Positions 6,354-13,181 of a DNA stretch of 14,808 nt are shown here, piece by piece. The number at the start of each line of letters is the position of its first letter. Within the stretch, counting starts at the first letter, position 1. The notes beneath the pieces are model-generated. The model made no database searches and was not told the DNA's origin. It saw only the letters and a list, made by a program, of their open reading frames with translations. The stretch spans positions 1 through 14,808 of the forward strand of contig CAYXAY010000018.1 of NCBI GenBank assembly GCA_964463155.1, given 5' to 3'. The translations under genes were made by a program, and so were the position numbers. Origin of the DNA: an uncultured archaeon (lineage in GTDB: Archaea > Iainarchaeota > Iainarchaeia > Iainarchaeales > CSSED10-239).

Positions 6354-7067
6354 TTATGGTTCTATTTTTTTCCCTTTTGCTTTAAATACGCCGCCGTATA
6401 ATCCCCAAATTATTGTATTAAAAATAACATTAAATAATAGGTCGCCTTTCTTGTCTTTATTTATTTTTTTTAATATTTCCGGATTACTATTTTCAAGCGC
6501 TTTTCTTACTGCAGTTTCTGCTTCAGGGAATGCATTTCTTAATTCTCTTGGAGTTAAAGACAATAAATATTTTGCATAATCTAATTCTCCAACTCTATTT
6601 ATTATTTTTTTTCCTAAAGTTGGGTTGTGTATTGCATTTTCTTCAATAAGTTTTACTCTTTCTAAAATTAAATTATTAATTTTTGCTTTTTCATTTCTTG
6701 GAATAATGCTATTAATTTGACTTAATCTTGTTTGATCAAAATAAACAGATTTAATTTTTTTACCATCATAGAAAAAAATTTGTCCTAATTTTGCTTTTTG
6801 ATTATAAGAATTAACTGTTTCTCTTATTAAGTTTGGATTTCTTGAATTTATCTTTGGAACTTCTAGATTTTTATCTTCTTGCTCAATTACAGATTTTACT
6901 ATAGATCTTTGATCATGGGACTTAAGTGGATTATTAACTTCTCGAATACCTACATTTAATGATCCTGCAAGTAATCCCATTGCAACTCCTGTTGCGATTC
7001 TGTTTTTTAATGTTGGTTTTTCATATTTTGGTTTTATAGAGGTTTGTCTTTTATTTAATACTGCCAT
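6354..7067 (-). CDS. Hypothetical membrane protein (N-proximal and C-terminal hydrophobic helices)
   Basis: 237-aa ORF with GGAGATGA upstream of the ATG. Hydrophobic segments are IATGVAMGLLAGSLNVGI and LLFNVIFNTIIWGLYGGVF. I recognise no family. Confidence 0.6.
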   Translation of the reverse strand: MAVLNKRQTSIKPKYEKPTLKNRIATGVAMGLLAGSLNVGIREVNNPLKSHDQRSIVKSVIEQEDKNLEVPKINSRNPNLIRETVNSYNQKAKLGQIFFYDGKKIKSVYFDQTRLSQINSIIPRNEKAKINNLILERVKLIEENAIHNPTLGKKIINRVGELDYAKYLLSLTPRELRNAFPEAETAVRKALENSNPEILKKINKDKKGDLLFNVIFNTIIWGLYGGVFKAKGKKIEP

Positions 7068-7175
7068 TCTTTAATCATCTCCGATATTTATTATTAATTT
7101 TATAAATAAACAGAAAACCGATATATATATATCCTTTGGTGATGGGACTCGAAAAGCGCCCAAGAATTAGTGATA

Positions 7176-8435
7176 TTATTTAATTAACCATTTCCAGAGT
7201 GGAATAAATTTAATGACTTTATTGCTTATCTTTTCTTCTTTGTCTAAATCGTTTGTTACTATTGTGCCTTCTTTTAATCCAAATTTATCGCAAGCATACA
7301 ATAGTGATTTTAATTCTCTTTCTTTTGTTTTTTTATCTGTTAAATCGTAACAAACTTGTATTGCAGAAACTATTTTTGTCTTATCTTGAATTATAAAATC
7401 AACCTCCCAACTATTCTCTGCTTTATAAAAATAAATTTTGTGACCTCTTCTTAATAATTCAATAAATACTGTGTTTTCATATAGTTTCCCTAAATTTTCT
7501 GAAAACTTAAATGCTATTTGATTAATTAATCCAGTATCTATACAATATATCTTTTTTGCAACATTTTCTTGTTTTTTCAAAGAGGGATCGTATTTACTTA
7601 ACTCAAATAAAACATCTGCATTTACTAAATAAGAAACATACTTCTTTGCCGTATGAGTGCTACCCATATTAAAATTATTTTTAAGTGAAGTATATGAAAA
7701 TTCTTTAGAAAAATTAGTAATTAAAAATAATGCCAATTTCTTAAATGTATTTTCATCAGTTATTTTGTATCTATTAAGTATATCTTTATTTATAACATCA
7801 TCATATATTGAACCCAATATGTCTGAATTATTATAAACTACAACTTCTGGAAAACCTCCATTTTTTATATATTCATTTAAATATCTTTTAATTTCTACTC
7901 TCCCCTCAGTAATTTTTGGGTTTTTTTCAAATTTATTATATGCTAAATATTCTTCAAATGAGAATGGATAAATCTGTATATCAAAATGCCTTCCGGTTAA
8001 GTAAGTAGATATTTCTTTACTTAATAATTCTGCATTAGATCCGGTTATAAAAAATCTATATCCTTCAGTATATAATCTATTTACAAATTTATCCCAATTG
8101 GGTTTTCCTTGTATTTCATCAAAAAAAAATATTTTTCTTTCTCCAAATTGTTCTAATAAGGTTTCATGTAATGTCTGGAAATCTGCTGTTTTAAAATCTT
8201 GTATCCTTTCATCAGAAAAATCAAAGTAGTAATAATCTTTTCTATAAAATTTATTCATCCATTGTAAAAGAAATGTTGATTTCCCGGATCTTCTGTGTCC
8301 AGTAATAACAATATTTATCTTGTGGTCAATAAAAGAAGTAATCTCTTCTAATTTTTTTCGTAGTAATCCTTCAGACAATTTCTTTAATCTATTATTTTGA
8401 TCTAAAACAACCCGAGTTAAATATTCTTTATCCAT
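7176..8435 (-). CDS. AAA+ ATPase of the AAA_14/DUF4143 type
   Basis: Walker A is ITGHRRSGKST and Walker B is KIFFFDEIQ. The C-terminal half (YENTVFIELLRRG...EVDFII...IQVCY) has the DUF4143 restriction-endonuclease-like pattern. I start it at MDKEY (8435) rather than the upstream ATG at 8474, which would run through the promoter and operator region. Confidence 0.85.
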   Translation of the reverse strand: MDKEYLTRVVLDQNNRLKKLSEGLLRKKLEEITSFIDHKINIVITGHRRSGKSTFLLQWMNKFYRKDYYYFDFSDERIQDFKTADFQTLHETLLEQFGERKIFFFDEIQGKPNWDKFVNRLYTEGYRFFITGSNAELLSKEISTYLTGRHFDIQIYPFSFEEYLAYNKFEKNPKITEGRVEIKRYLNEYIKNGGFPEVVVYNNSDILGSIYDDVINKDILNRYKITDENTFKKLALFLITNFSKEFSYTSLKNNFNMGSTHTAKKYVSYLVNADVLFELSKYDPSLKKQENVAKKIYCIDTGLINQIAFKFSENLGKLYENTVFIELLRRGHKIYFYKAENSWEVDFIIQDKTKIVSAIQVCYDLTDKKTKERELKSLLYACDKFGLKEGTIVTNDLDKEEKISNKVIKFIPLWKWLIK

Positions 8436-8467
8436 ATATAATACAGAACAAAAGGATTTAAAAATTG

Positions 8468-8486
8468 TGTGCATTTACATTGCACA
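8468..8486. promoter_or_regulatory. Palindromic operator-like site 1: TGTGCA-N7-TGCACA
   Basis: tgtgcatttacattgcaca has perfect 6-bp inverted arms. It lies just upstream of a TTTTTAAA TATA-like box (8455-8463 region) for the ATPase gene. Confidence 0.5.
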
Positions 8487-8500
8487 AATTTTGGCATTTT

Positions 8501-8519
8501 TGTGCATTTATATTGCACG
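8501..8519. promoter_or_regulatory. Palindromic operator-like site 2: TGTGCA-N7-TGCACG
   Basis: tgtgcatttatattgcacg is a near-identical direct copy of site 1, 33 bp (about 3 helical turns) away. A third half-site, tgtgct, lies at 8525-8530. Confidence 0.5.
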
Positions 8520-8533
8520 ACATTTGTGCTAAT

Positions 8534-8881
8534 CTACAAAAGCTTATATTTTCCTGTAAACTGATCAATTTCTGTTTCTTTGATTGGACCAATGCCAAGA
8601 CAAGTAATGTCTGGTTCTGGCAATTGTGTTTTTGCGGCATCTTTGATTAGAACACATGGAAATTTGTTCTTTATTGATTGATAAAGTTCAAGAAGTTCTT
8701 TTTTAGAATCAATCTTTAAAACAACTTTCTTCTGACCTTCTTCTAGCCAATATTCTGTGGCTCTTGGATCTTTCTTAGAAGTAAGAATATAAGATTCAAC
8801 TGCTGCATGACTTACTTGACCAGCAATCTTTCCTTTACTAAGTTTTAAATCATTTCTAAAAATTATAACTTGCTTGTACAT
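8534..8881 (-). CDS. pth2: Peptidyl-tRNA hydrolase, archaeal Pth2 type
   Basis: 115 aa. KQVIIFRNDLKLSKGKIAGQVSHAAV is the PTH2-family N-terminal signature, and size and C-terminus (GIGP...) fit. Confidence 0.9.
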   Translation of the reverse strand: MYKQVIIFRNDLKLSKGKIAGQVSHAAVESYILTSKKDPRATEYWLEEGQKKVVLKIDSKKELLELYQSIKNKFPCVLIKDAAKTQLPEPDITCLGIGPIKETEIDQFTGKYKLL

Positions 8882-8959
8882 TTTTTTCCTTAAAAATAAG
8901 AATTTAAAAGAGAAAGTTTTTCTCTTCTATTCTTCATACATTTCTGTATTTACTTTTTC

Positions 8960-9283
8960 TTAATCTCCAACAACTGTTCCGTTGTATGTTACTATAAAAG
9001 AAACATGTTGCTTACCCCAGAGGGAAGTTACTGTTTTTGATTCTCCCATATAGAATATTGCATTGTACTCATAGCTTCTGTGCTCTTCCTTAACTGTATA
9101 ATGTCTATCATATTCTAGTTGTGCACCATTTGATCTTACCGCAAGTAATTTAAAAATATAAATTCCACCACTTAATTCAAATTGTTCATCTATACCTACT
9201 TCAATATCTTTCTCTTCTTTTGAGTTTTTCTTTGGGTTTTCCATATCCACTACTTTTTTTACTATATGAAACTTTGCTTTCAT
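8960..9283 (-). CDS. Hypothetical 107-aa protein downstream of kae1
   Basis: I start it at MKAKFHIV (ATG 9283), which is preceded by AAGGAGCGAAAGGCA. The longer 139-aa version overlaps the kae1 3' end and has no RBS. I recognise no family. The composition looks beta-rich. Confidence 0.55.
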   Translation of the reverse strand: MKAKFHIVKKVVDMENPKKNSKEEKDIEVGIDEQFELSGGIYIFKLLAVRSNGAQLEYDRHYTVKEEHRSYEYNAIFYMGESKTVTSLWGKQHVSFIVTYNGTVVGD

Positions 9284-9372
9284 TGCCTTTCGCTCCTTGT
9301 TTTTCAGTATTTTTAAAAATATATTCTTCCTTATTAAAAATAAGATAAATAGGTTTAAAAATAGATTTGCTT

Positions 9373-10380
9373 TCACCAATCAATCTTTACCTGGTCTGTC
9401 CTGAATTTGGGGTTGATTACGGTTTCTTTTAGTTTCATTCCGCATTTGCCTTTGTTGGTGTGGATAAAATGTTTGATTCCTAGGTCTGCAATTAATAGAC
9501 CATTATCAAGGCAAACAATTGCAGGGGGGATATAAAGCTTAACTTTGTTTTGTTTACAAAGCTTTTCAAGCATTTCTCCTAGAGCCTTACTTGCAGCAAC
9601 GCCACCAATAACAATTACTTCTTTTTTCTTAGTGTATGATAATGCTCTGTCTGTTACTTCAAGAAGCATAGCATAGGCTGTGTGCATAAAAGAATATATA
9701 AGATCTTCTTTTTTTTCTGTTGCTATTTTCTTTCTAGCTGCTGTTTGAAGACCAGAGAAAGCTAAATCCATTCCTTTTACTGAATATGGTAGTTCAATGT
9801 AATATCTATTTTTGTTTTCCATATAGGCTTTGTCAAGAACTGGACCACCAGGAAAGCCATAACCAATGTCTCTTGCAAAGGAATCAAATAGGTTTCCAAT
9901 ACCAATATCTAAAGTTTCTCCAAGAATCTTATAGTAACCATTGTCTTTAGCAATAATTTGGGTGTTTGCACCAGAGGTATAGATGACAAGAGGGTCTTTA
10001 CATTTAAGAATGGTTTTACCAATCTCAATATGAGATACACAATGATTAACACCAATAATTGGTTTATTATATTTGTCTGAAAGACAACGAGCGATGGTTG
10101 CTGAAACTGAAAGACAAGGTGCTAGACCTGGGCCTTTAGAAAAAGCTACAACATCTAGGTCTTTCATTTTTAGCTTTGCTTCTTTTAGGGCTTCAGATAC
10201 AACATCAACAGCCCAAACATAATGATTAATAGAAACATCAAATGGTTTTAGACCTTGCCCGTCTTTTGCGGTAAATTGTCTTTTACAATTTGCAAGGATT
10301 TTTCCTTTGGAATCAATAATACCAACACCAAATGTGTGTGCAGTACTTTCTATTCCTAGGCAAATCTTTGCTTTATTCAT
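9373..10380 (-). CDS. kae1: tRNA N6-adenosine threonylcarbamoyltransferase Kae1 (KEOPS catalytic subunit)
   Basis: GIESTAHTFGVGII, VNHCVSHIE (metal-binding His pair), GGPVLD and VIGGVAASKAL match Kae1/TsaD-family motifs. The 335-aa stand-alone form has no fused Bud32. GTGAGGT lies upstream of the ATG. Confidence 0.92.
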   Translation of the reverse strand: MNKAKICLGIESTAHTFGVGIIDSKGKILANCKRQFTAKDGQGLKPFDVSINHYVWAVDVVSEALKEAKLKMKDLDVVAFSKGPGLAPCLSVSATIARCLSDKYNKPIIGVNHCVSHIEIGKTILKCKDPLVIYTSGANTQIIAKDNGYYKILGETLDIGIGNLFDSFARDIGYGFPGGPVLDKAYMENKNRYYIELPYSVKGMDLAFSGLQTAARKKIATEKKEDLIYSFMHTAYAMLLEVTDRALSYTKKKEVIVIGGVAASKALGEMLEKLCKQNKVKLYIPPAIVCLDNGLLIADLGIKHFIHTNKGKCGMKLKETVINPKFRTDQVKIDW

Positions 10381-10441
10381 CTATGAAAACCTCACAAATA
10401 TCATATGTCCTTTTTGTTTTTAAATCTATTTTTCTCTACAA

Positions 10442-10658
10442 GAACACTTATCTATCCGTGCGTAGTTTTTTTGTATTTGTGTTGTTAAAGACTAGAGGCA
10501 CACCTTGTTAAGTTCGTAAGTAGAGTGCTAGCACATTCATAAACACGTGCGTCCTACTTTGCAAAGCAAAGTACATTGGCACAATGAATTCACGTGCGTC
10601 TCTTACTTATTAACTACGAGTACCCCATAGTCAATATTATTAGTAAGCATAATGTATA
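10442..10658 (-). ncRNA. Candidate structured non-coding region 3' of the IS110-like transposase relic (possible bridge/seek-RNA-like region)
   Basis: Three copies of a module lie at 10442-10463, 10529-10553 and 10577-10600. An 8-bp hairpin tactttgc-aaa-gcaaagta lies at 10555-10573. A closing helix pairs attcat (10535-10540) with atgaat (10584-10589). The palindrome gtgctagcac is also present. GC content is locally elevated. The strand assignment follows the transposase and is not proven. Confidence 0.35.
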
Positions 10659-11310
10659 TTAGGTTAACATTTTTCTAGCAATTGCTACAATTGCTTTTTG
10701 TCTCCATTTTCTTTTTTCTAATCTTTCAAACATTTCTTTGAAATGTTACAATTGATAATATATTATCTAATGCCAATCTGTCTGCATATGGCAATTCAAT
10801 TTTTGTTAGCCATTCCATTTCTCCTTTCCCAAATATGTCTGTGTATTTTGCCTTTATTCCATTTTTTAACAAAATGGAATGTGTGTGATGTTTAAGATTA
10901 CTCCTTTGTCTTACTAAATATGTTCTATTTCTAATAATTGATCTTCTAAATCTCACATGTTTTGGTGGCACGTAGCTTTCAGGTATTAATTTTACTCTAA
11001 GTAAATCCGCAAGGATTTTTGCATCAATTTCATCTGTCTTCTTTTTAGAATAAGCAATTGCTTTTACTTTTAATGGATGAGCAACGGTTACTTCGTAACC
11101 TTGCTCTTCTATTCTATCATATATTGGTTCATACATTCCACACGCTTCCATAGCAAAAGCAGTATCTTTGTCTTGTTTTTCTAAAAAATAGTCTAGTGCT
11201 TTTGTGGTATTTAATAACCTGTGATTATTAATGCCCTCTCCTTAGTCATTAATAACACAGCCCTGTATTTCTTCTTTGTGGATATCTAATCCAACAAAAT
11301 ATTTTGTCAT
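10659..11310 (-). pseudogene. Degraded IS110/IS1111-family (DEDD) transposase
   Basis: The ATG at 11310 gives MTKYFVGLDIHKEEIQGCVIND, then an in-frame TAA at 11242-11244. Reading continues ...AFAMEACGMYEP...AHPLKVKAIAYSKKKTDEIDAKILADLLR (DEDD RuvC-like N-domain) to a TGA at 10726. A +1 shifted frame then reads FERLEKRKWRQKAIVAIARKMLT-stop (10659), which is the family-typical extreme C-terminus. The central catalytic Tnp domain is missing. Confidence 0.8.
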
Positions 11311-11334
11311 TATATATCACCTCACATATTTTTG

Positions 11335-11362
11335 AATTGATATCATCTAAATGATATCAATT
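11335..11362. repeat. Perfect 12-bp-stem hairpin/palindrome upstream of the transposase start
   Basis: aattgatatcat-ctaa-atgatatcaatt has 12 of 12 complementary positions and contains two GATATC sites. On the + strand it is followed by tttt. Confidence 0.85.
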
Positions 11363-11445
11363 TTACGAGGTTTTCATAACAACAAAAATATCTCTATTTA
11401 AGATATATTTTTAATAACTATATTATCTAATTTCTATGAAGAACT

Positions 11446-12891
11446 ATGAGTATTAAACTATATAACACTGCGACTAAGAAAAAAGAGACATTTAAGTCTG
11501 TTGTTCTTAATCAATTAAAGATTTATGTTTGTGGGGTAACTATTTATGATGATGTTCATTTGGGACATGCGTTTTCATATATTAATTATGATATACTTGT
11601 GAATTATTTTCATTATTTCCTTGGCTATGATATTACTTATGTTAGAAACATAACAGATGTTGGACATTTAACAGACGATGGATTATCAGACACTGGAGAA
11701 GACAAGATAGAAAAAAGAGCAAGTGAAAGAAAAGTTCATCCTATGGAACTTGTTTATATGTATTCCCATAGAATGTGGCAATTCTTTGATGCATTAAAGA
11801 TATCTAGACCTAACCTAGAACCACAGGCATCAGCACATATCCTTGAGATGCAAGAATGGATTAAGAAAATGCTTAGTAATGGTTTTGCCTATGAAGTTAA
11901 TGGAAACATCTATTATGATATTTCCAAGTTTAAAGACTATGGTAAGTTTGCAAACAAAAATCTAGAAGAACTAGAGAAAAACACAAGATTTGAAAATGAC
12001 CCTAACAAGAAACACCATGGAGACTTTGCTTTGTGGATAAAAGCAAAACCAGAACACATACTAAAATGGTCATCGCCTTATGGAGAGGGTTATCCTGGTT
12101 GGCATCTTGAATGTTCAGTTATGGGAACCAAGTATCTTGGCGAGAAATTTGATATACACGGCGGAGGAATAGAACATCTTTTTCCTCATCATCAAAACGA
12201 AATTGCTCAAAATTACGGTTATTTCAAACACGATGTTGTTAACTATTGGGTGCATACAGCTATGCTTTTGGTTGATGGAAGAAAGATGGGAAAATCTCTT
12301 GGAAATTTTATAACAATTGAGGACTTTTTAAAGAAGCATTCTGCTGAATCACTTAGATATCTTTTCTCAACAGGACATTATAGAAAGCCACAGAACTATA
12401 CTGAGAAAGCAATTGCGGATTCTGAAGTTGCGATAGACAGACTTAATAAATTTATTAAAAGACTGCAGGCAATAAAAAACAATAAAGACACAAACAACGC
12501 AAAAGAAATAATCAACACTGCAATTGAAAACTTCAAGAATGCAATGAACGACGACCTTAACACCCCCTCTGCTTGGGCAAATATTTGGTTACTTGTTAAA
12601 GAAGGAAACAGATTAATGGACCTTAATCAATTAACAGAAGAAGAATCACATCAGATTCTGGACTTCTTGCAGAAAGTAAATTTTGTTTTTAAGGTTTTTA
12701 ATTTTGATATTGGTTGTCCTCTTGAAAAAGCAAGGATACAAAAAAAAGAAATTGAAGAACTAATTGAAAGAAGAAACGAGCTTAGGAAAAACAAAAATTG
12801 GGAAAAATCAGATCAAATAAGGCTTAACCTTGAAAAGAAAGGAGTAATACTAAGTGACTCCCAAACCGGAACCACTTGGCATTATGAATAA
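11446..12891 (+). CDS. cysS: Cysteinyl-tRNA synthetase
   Basis: YVCGVTIYDDVHLGHAFSY is the class I HIGH motif (HLGH). WHLECS supplies zinc and cysteine-binding residues. KMGKSLGN is the KMSKS motif. The protein is 481 aa. Confidence 0.93.
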   Translation: MSIKLYNTATKKKETFKSVVLNQLKIYVCGVTIYDDVHLGHAFSYINYDILVNYFHYFLGYDITYVRNITDVGHLTDDGLSDTGEDKIEKRASERKVHPMELVYMYSHRMWQFFDALKISRPNLEPQASAHILEMQEWIKKMLSNGFAYEVNGNIYYDISKFKDYGKFANKNLEELEKNTRFENDPNKKHHGDFALWIKAKPEHILKWSSPYGEGYPGWHLECSVMGTKYLGEKFDIHGGGIEHLFPHHQNEIAQNYGYFKHDVVNYWVHTAMLLVDGRKMGKSLGNFITIEDFLKKHSAESLRYLFSTGHYRKPQNYTEKAIADSEVAIDRLNKFIKRLQAIKNNKDTNNAKEIINTAIENFKNAMNDDLNTPSAWANIWLLVKEGNRLMDLNQLTEEESHQILDFLQKVNFVFKVFNFDIGCPLEKARIQKKEIEELIERRNELRKNKNWEKSDQIRLNLEKKGVILSDSQTGTTWHYE

Positions 12892-13026
12892 ATTACATCA
12901 GCAACTTTAAATGTCGTCTTAACTTCTTATATTCAAAATACACCTGCATTTTATAAAAATATATATTACCAAAACATTTTAAAAAGCGTACAAATTTTTC
13001 GAGTTACATATATCCCAAATAGAATG

Positions 13027-13099
13027 CGCCCCAGGTAGGATTTGAACCTACGACCTATCGATTAACAGTCGATTGCTCCAACCACTGAGCTACTGAGGC
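13027..13099 (-). tRNA. tRNA-Asn (anticodon GUU)
   Basis: The reverse complement is GCCTCAG-TA-GCTC-AGTGGTTGG-GAGC-A-ATCGA-CTGTTAA-TCGAT-AGGTC-GTAGG-TTCAAAT-CCTAC-CTGGGGC-G, a 73-nt cloverleaf. No CCA is encoded. Confidence 0.92.
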
Positions 13100-13166
13100 A
13101 CAGCCTGTTTCGCTAGGCTGGTGCGCAATGGGTTTTGCAGTTTATCTGCAATGATTACGCGCGACC
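13100..13166 (-). ncRNA. Candidate structured leader RNA (copy E2) between the asnS stop and tRNA-Asn
   Basis: Minus-strand sequence: GGUCGC-GCGUAAU-CAU-UGCAG-AUAAA-CUGCA-AAACCC-AUUGCGC-AC-CAGCC-UAGCGAAACA-GGCUG-U, then the tRNA. It shares its architecture and the motifs GCAGAUAA(A)CUGC, AUUGCGCAC and GCGAAAC with 2695-2762. Confidence 0.5.
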
Positions 13167-13181
13167 TAACTATTTCTTTAT

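Larger units (their letters stand above)
10442..11362 (-). mobile_element. Relic IS110/IS1111-like insertion between kae1 and cysS (boundaries approximate)
   Basis: It comprises the transposase pseudogene, the long structured 3' flank and a 5' hairpin. It sits in what would otherwise be a short divergent kae1/cysS promoter region. The ends are not defined by clear terminal repeats. Confidence 0.5.

Noticed and set aside
7140-7165. GC-rich island gatgggactcgaaaagcgccc as a tRNA 3' fragment or att-site remnant
   Set aside because: The reverse complement contains a TTCGAGT-CCC T-loop-like string and ATCACCA. However, the flanking bases cannot form a T-stem or acceptor pairing, and no matching tRNA is present.
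8458-8650. ORFs 8458-8640 (-) and 8465-8650 (+)
   Set aside because: They span the pth2 3' end and the palindromic operator region. Their Cys/Asn/Gln-rich translations are artefacts of the repeated TGTGCA/TGCACA motifs.
8905-8930. Hairpins AAGAGAAA-GTT-TTTCTCTT (about 8907-8928) and AAGAGAA-GGAAA-TTCTCTT (about 14722-14740) as a repeat family
   Set aside because: These are low-complexity purine/pyrimidine stems followed by T-rich sequence. They are most simply generic intergenic terminator-like hairpins, and two loose copies are not enough to claim a family.
9201-9383. ORF 9201-9383 (-) and the long N-terminal extension of ORF 8960-9379
   Set aside because: They overlap the kae1 3' end and lack an RBS. 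The internal ATG at 9283 has a good AGGAG and gives a compact protein.
11242-11244. In-frame TAA in the transposase as stop-codon recoding
   Set aside because: TAA, TAG and TGA all terminate well-conserved genes in this window (cysS TAA, pth2 TAG, kae1 TGA). The same gene also carries a frameshift and a domain deletion, so decay is the simpler reading.
10382-11377. 12-nt inverted match tatgaaaacctc (10382-10393) / gaggttttcata (11366-11377) as terminal inverted repeats of the IS
   Set aside because: A 12-mer inverted match is expected by chance several times in a 15-kb AT-rich window. Part of it is the GTGAGGT RBS-like motif also seen upstream of the transposase. Using it as the boundary would put the only TATA-like promoter of essential kae1 inside the element. 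It is kept only as a weak alternative boundary.
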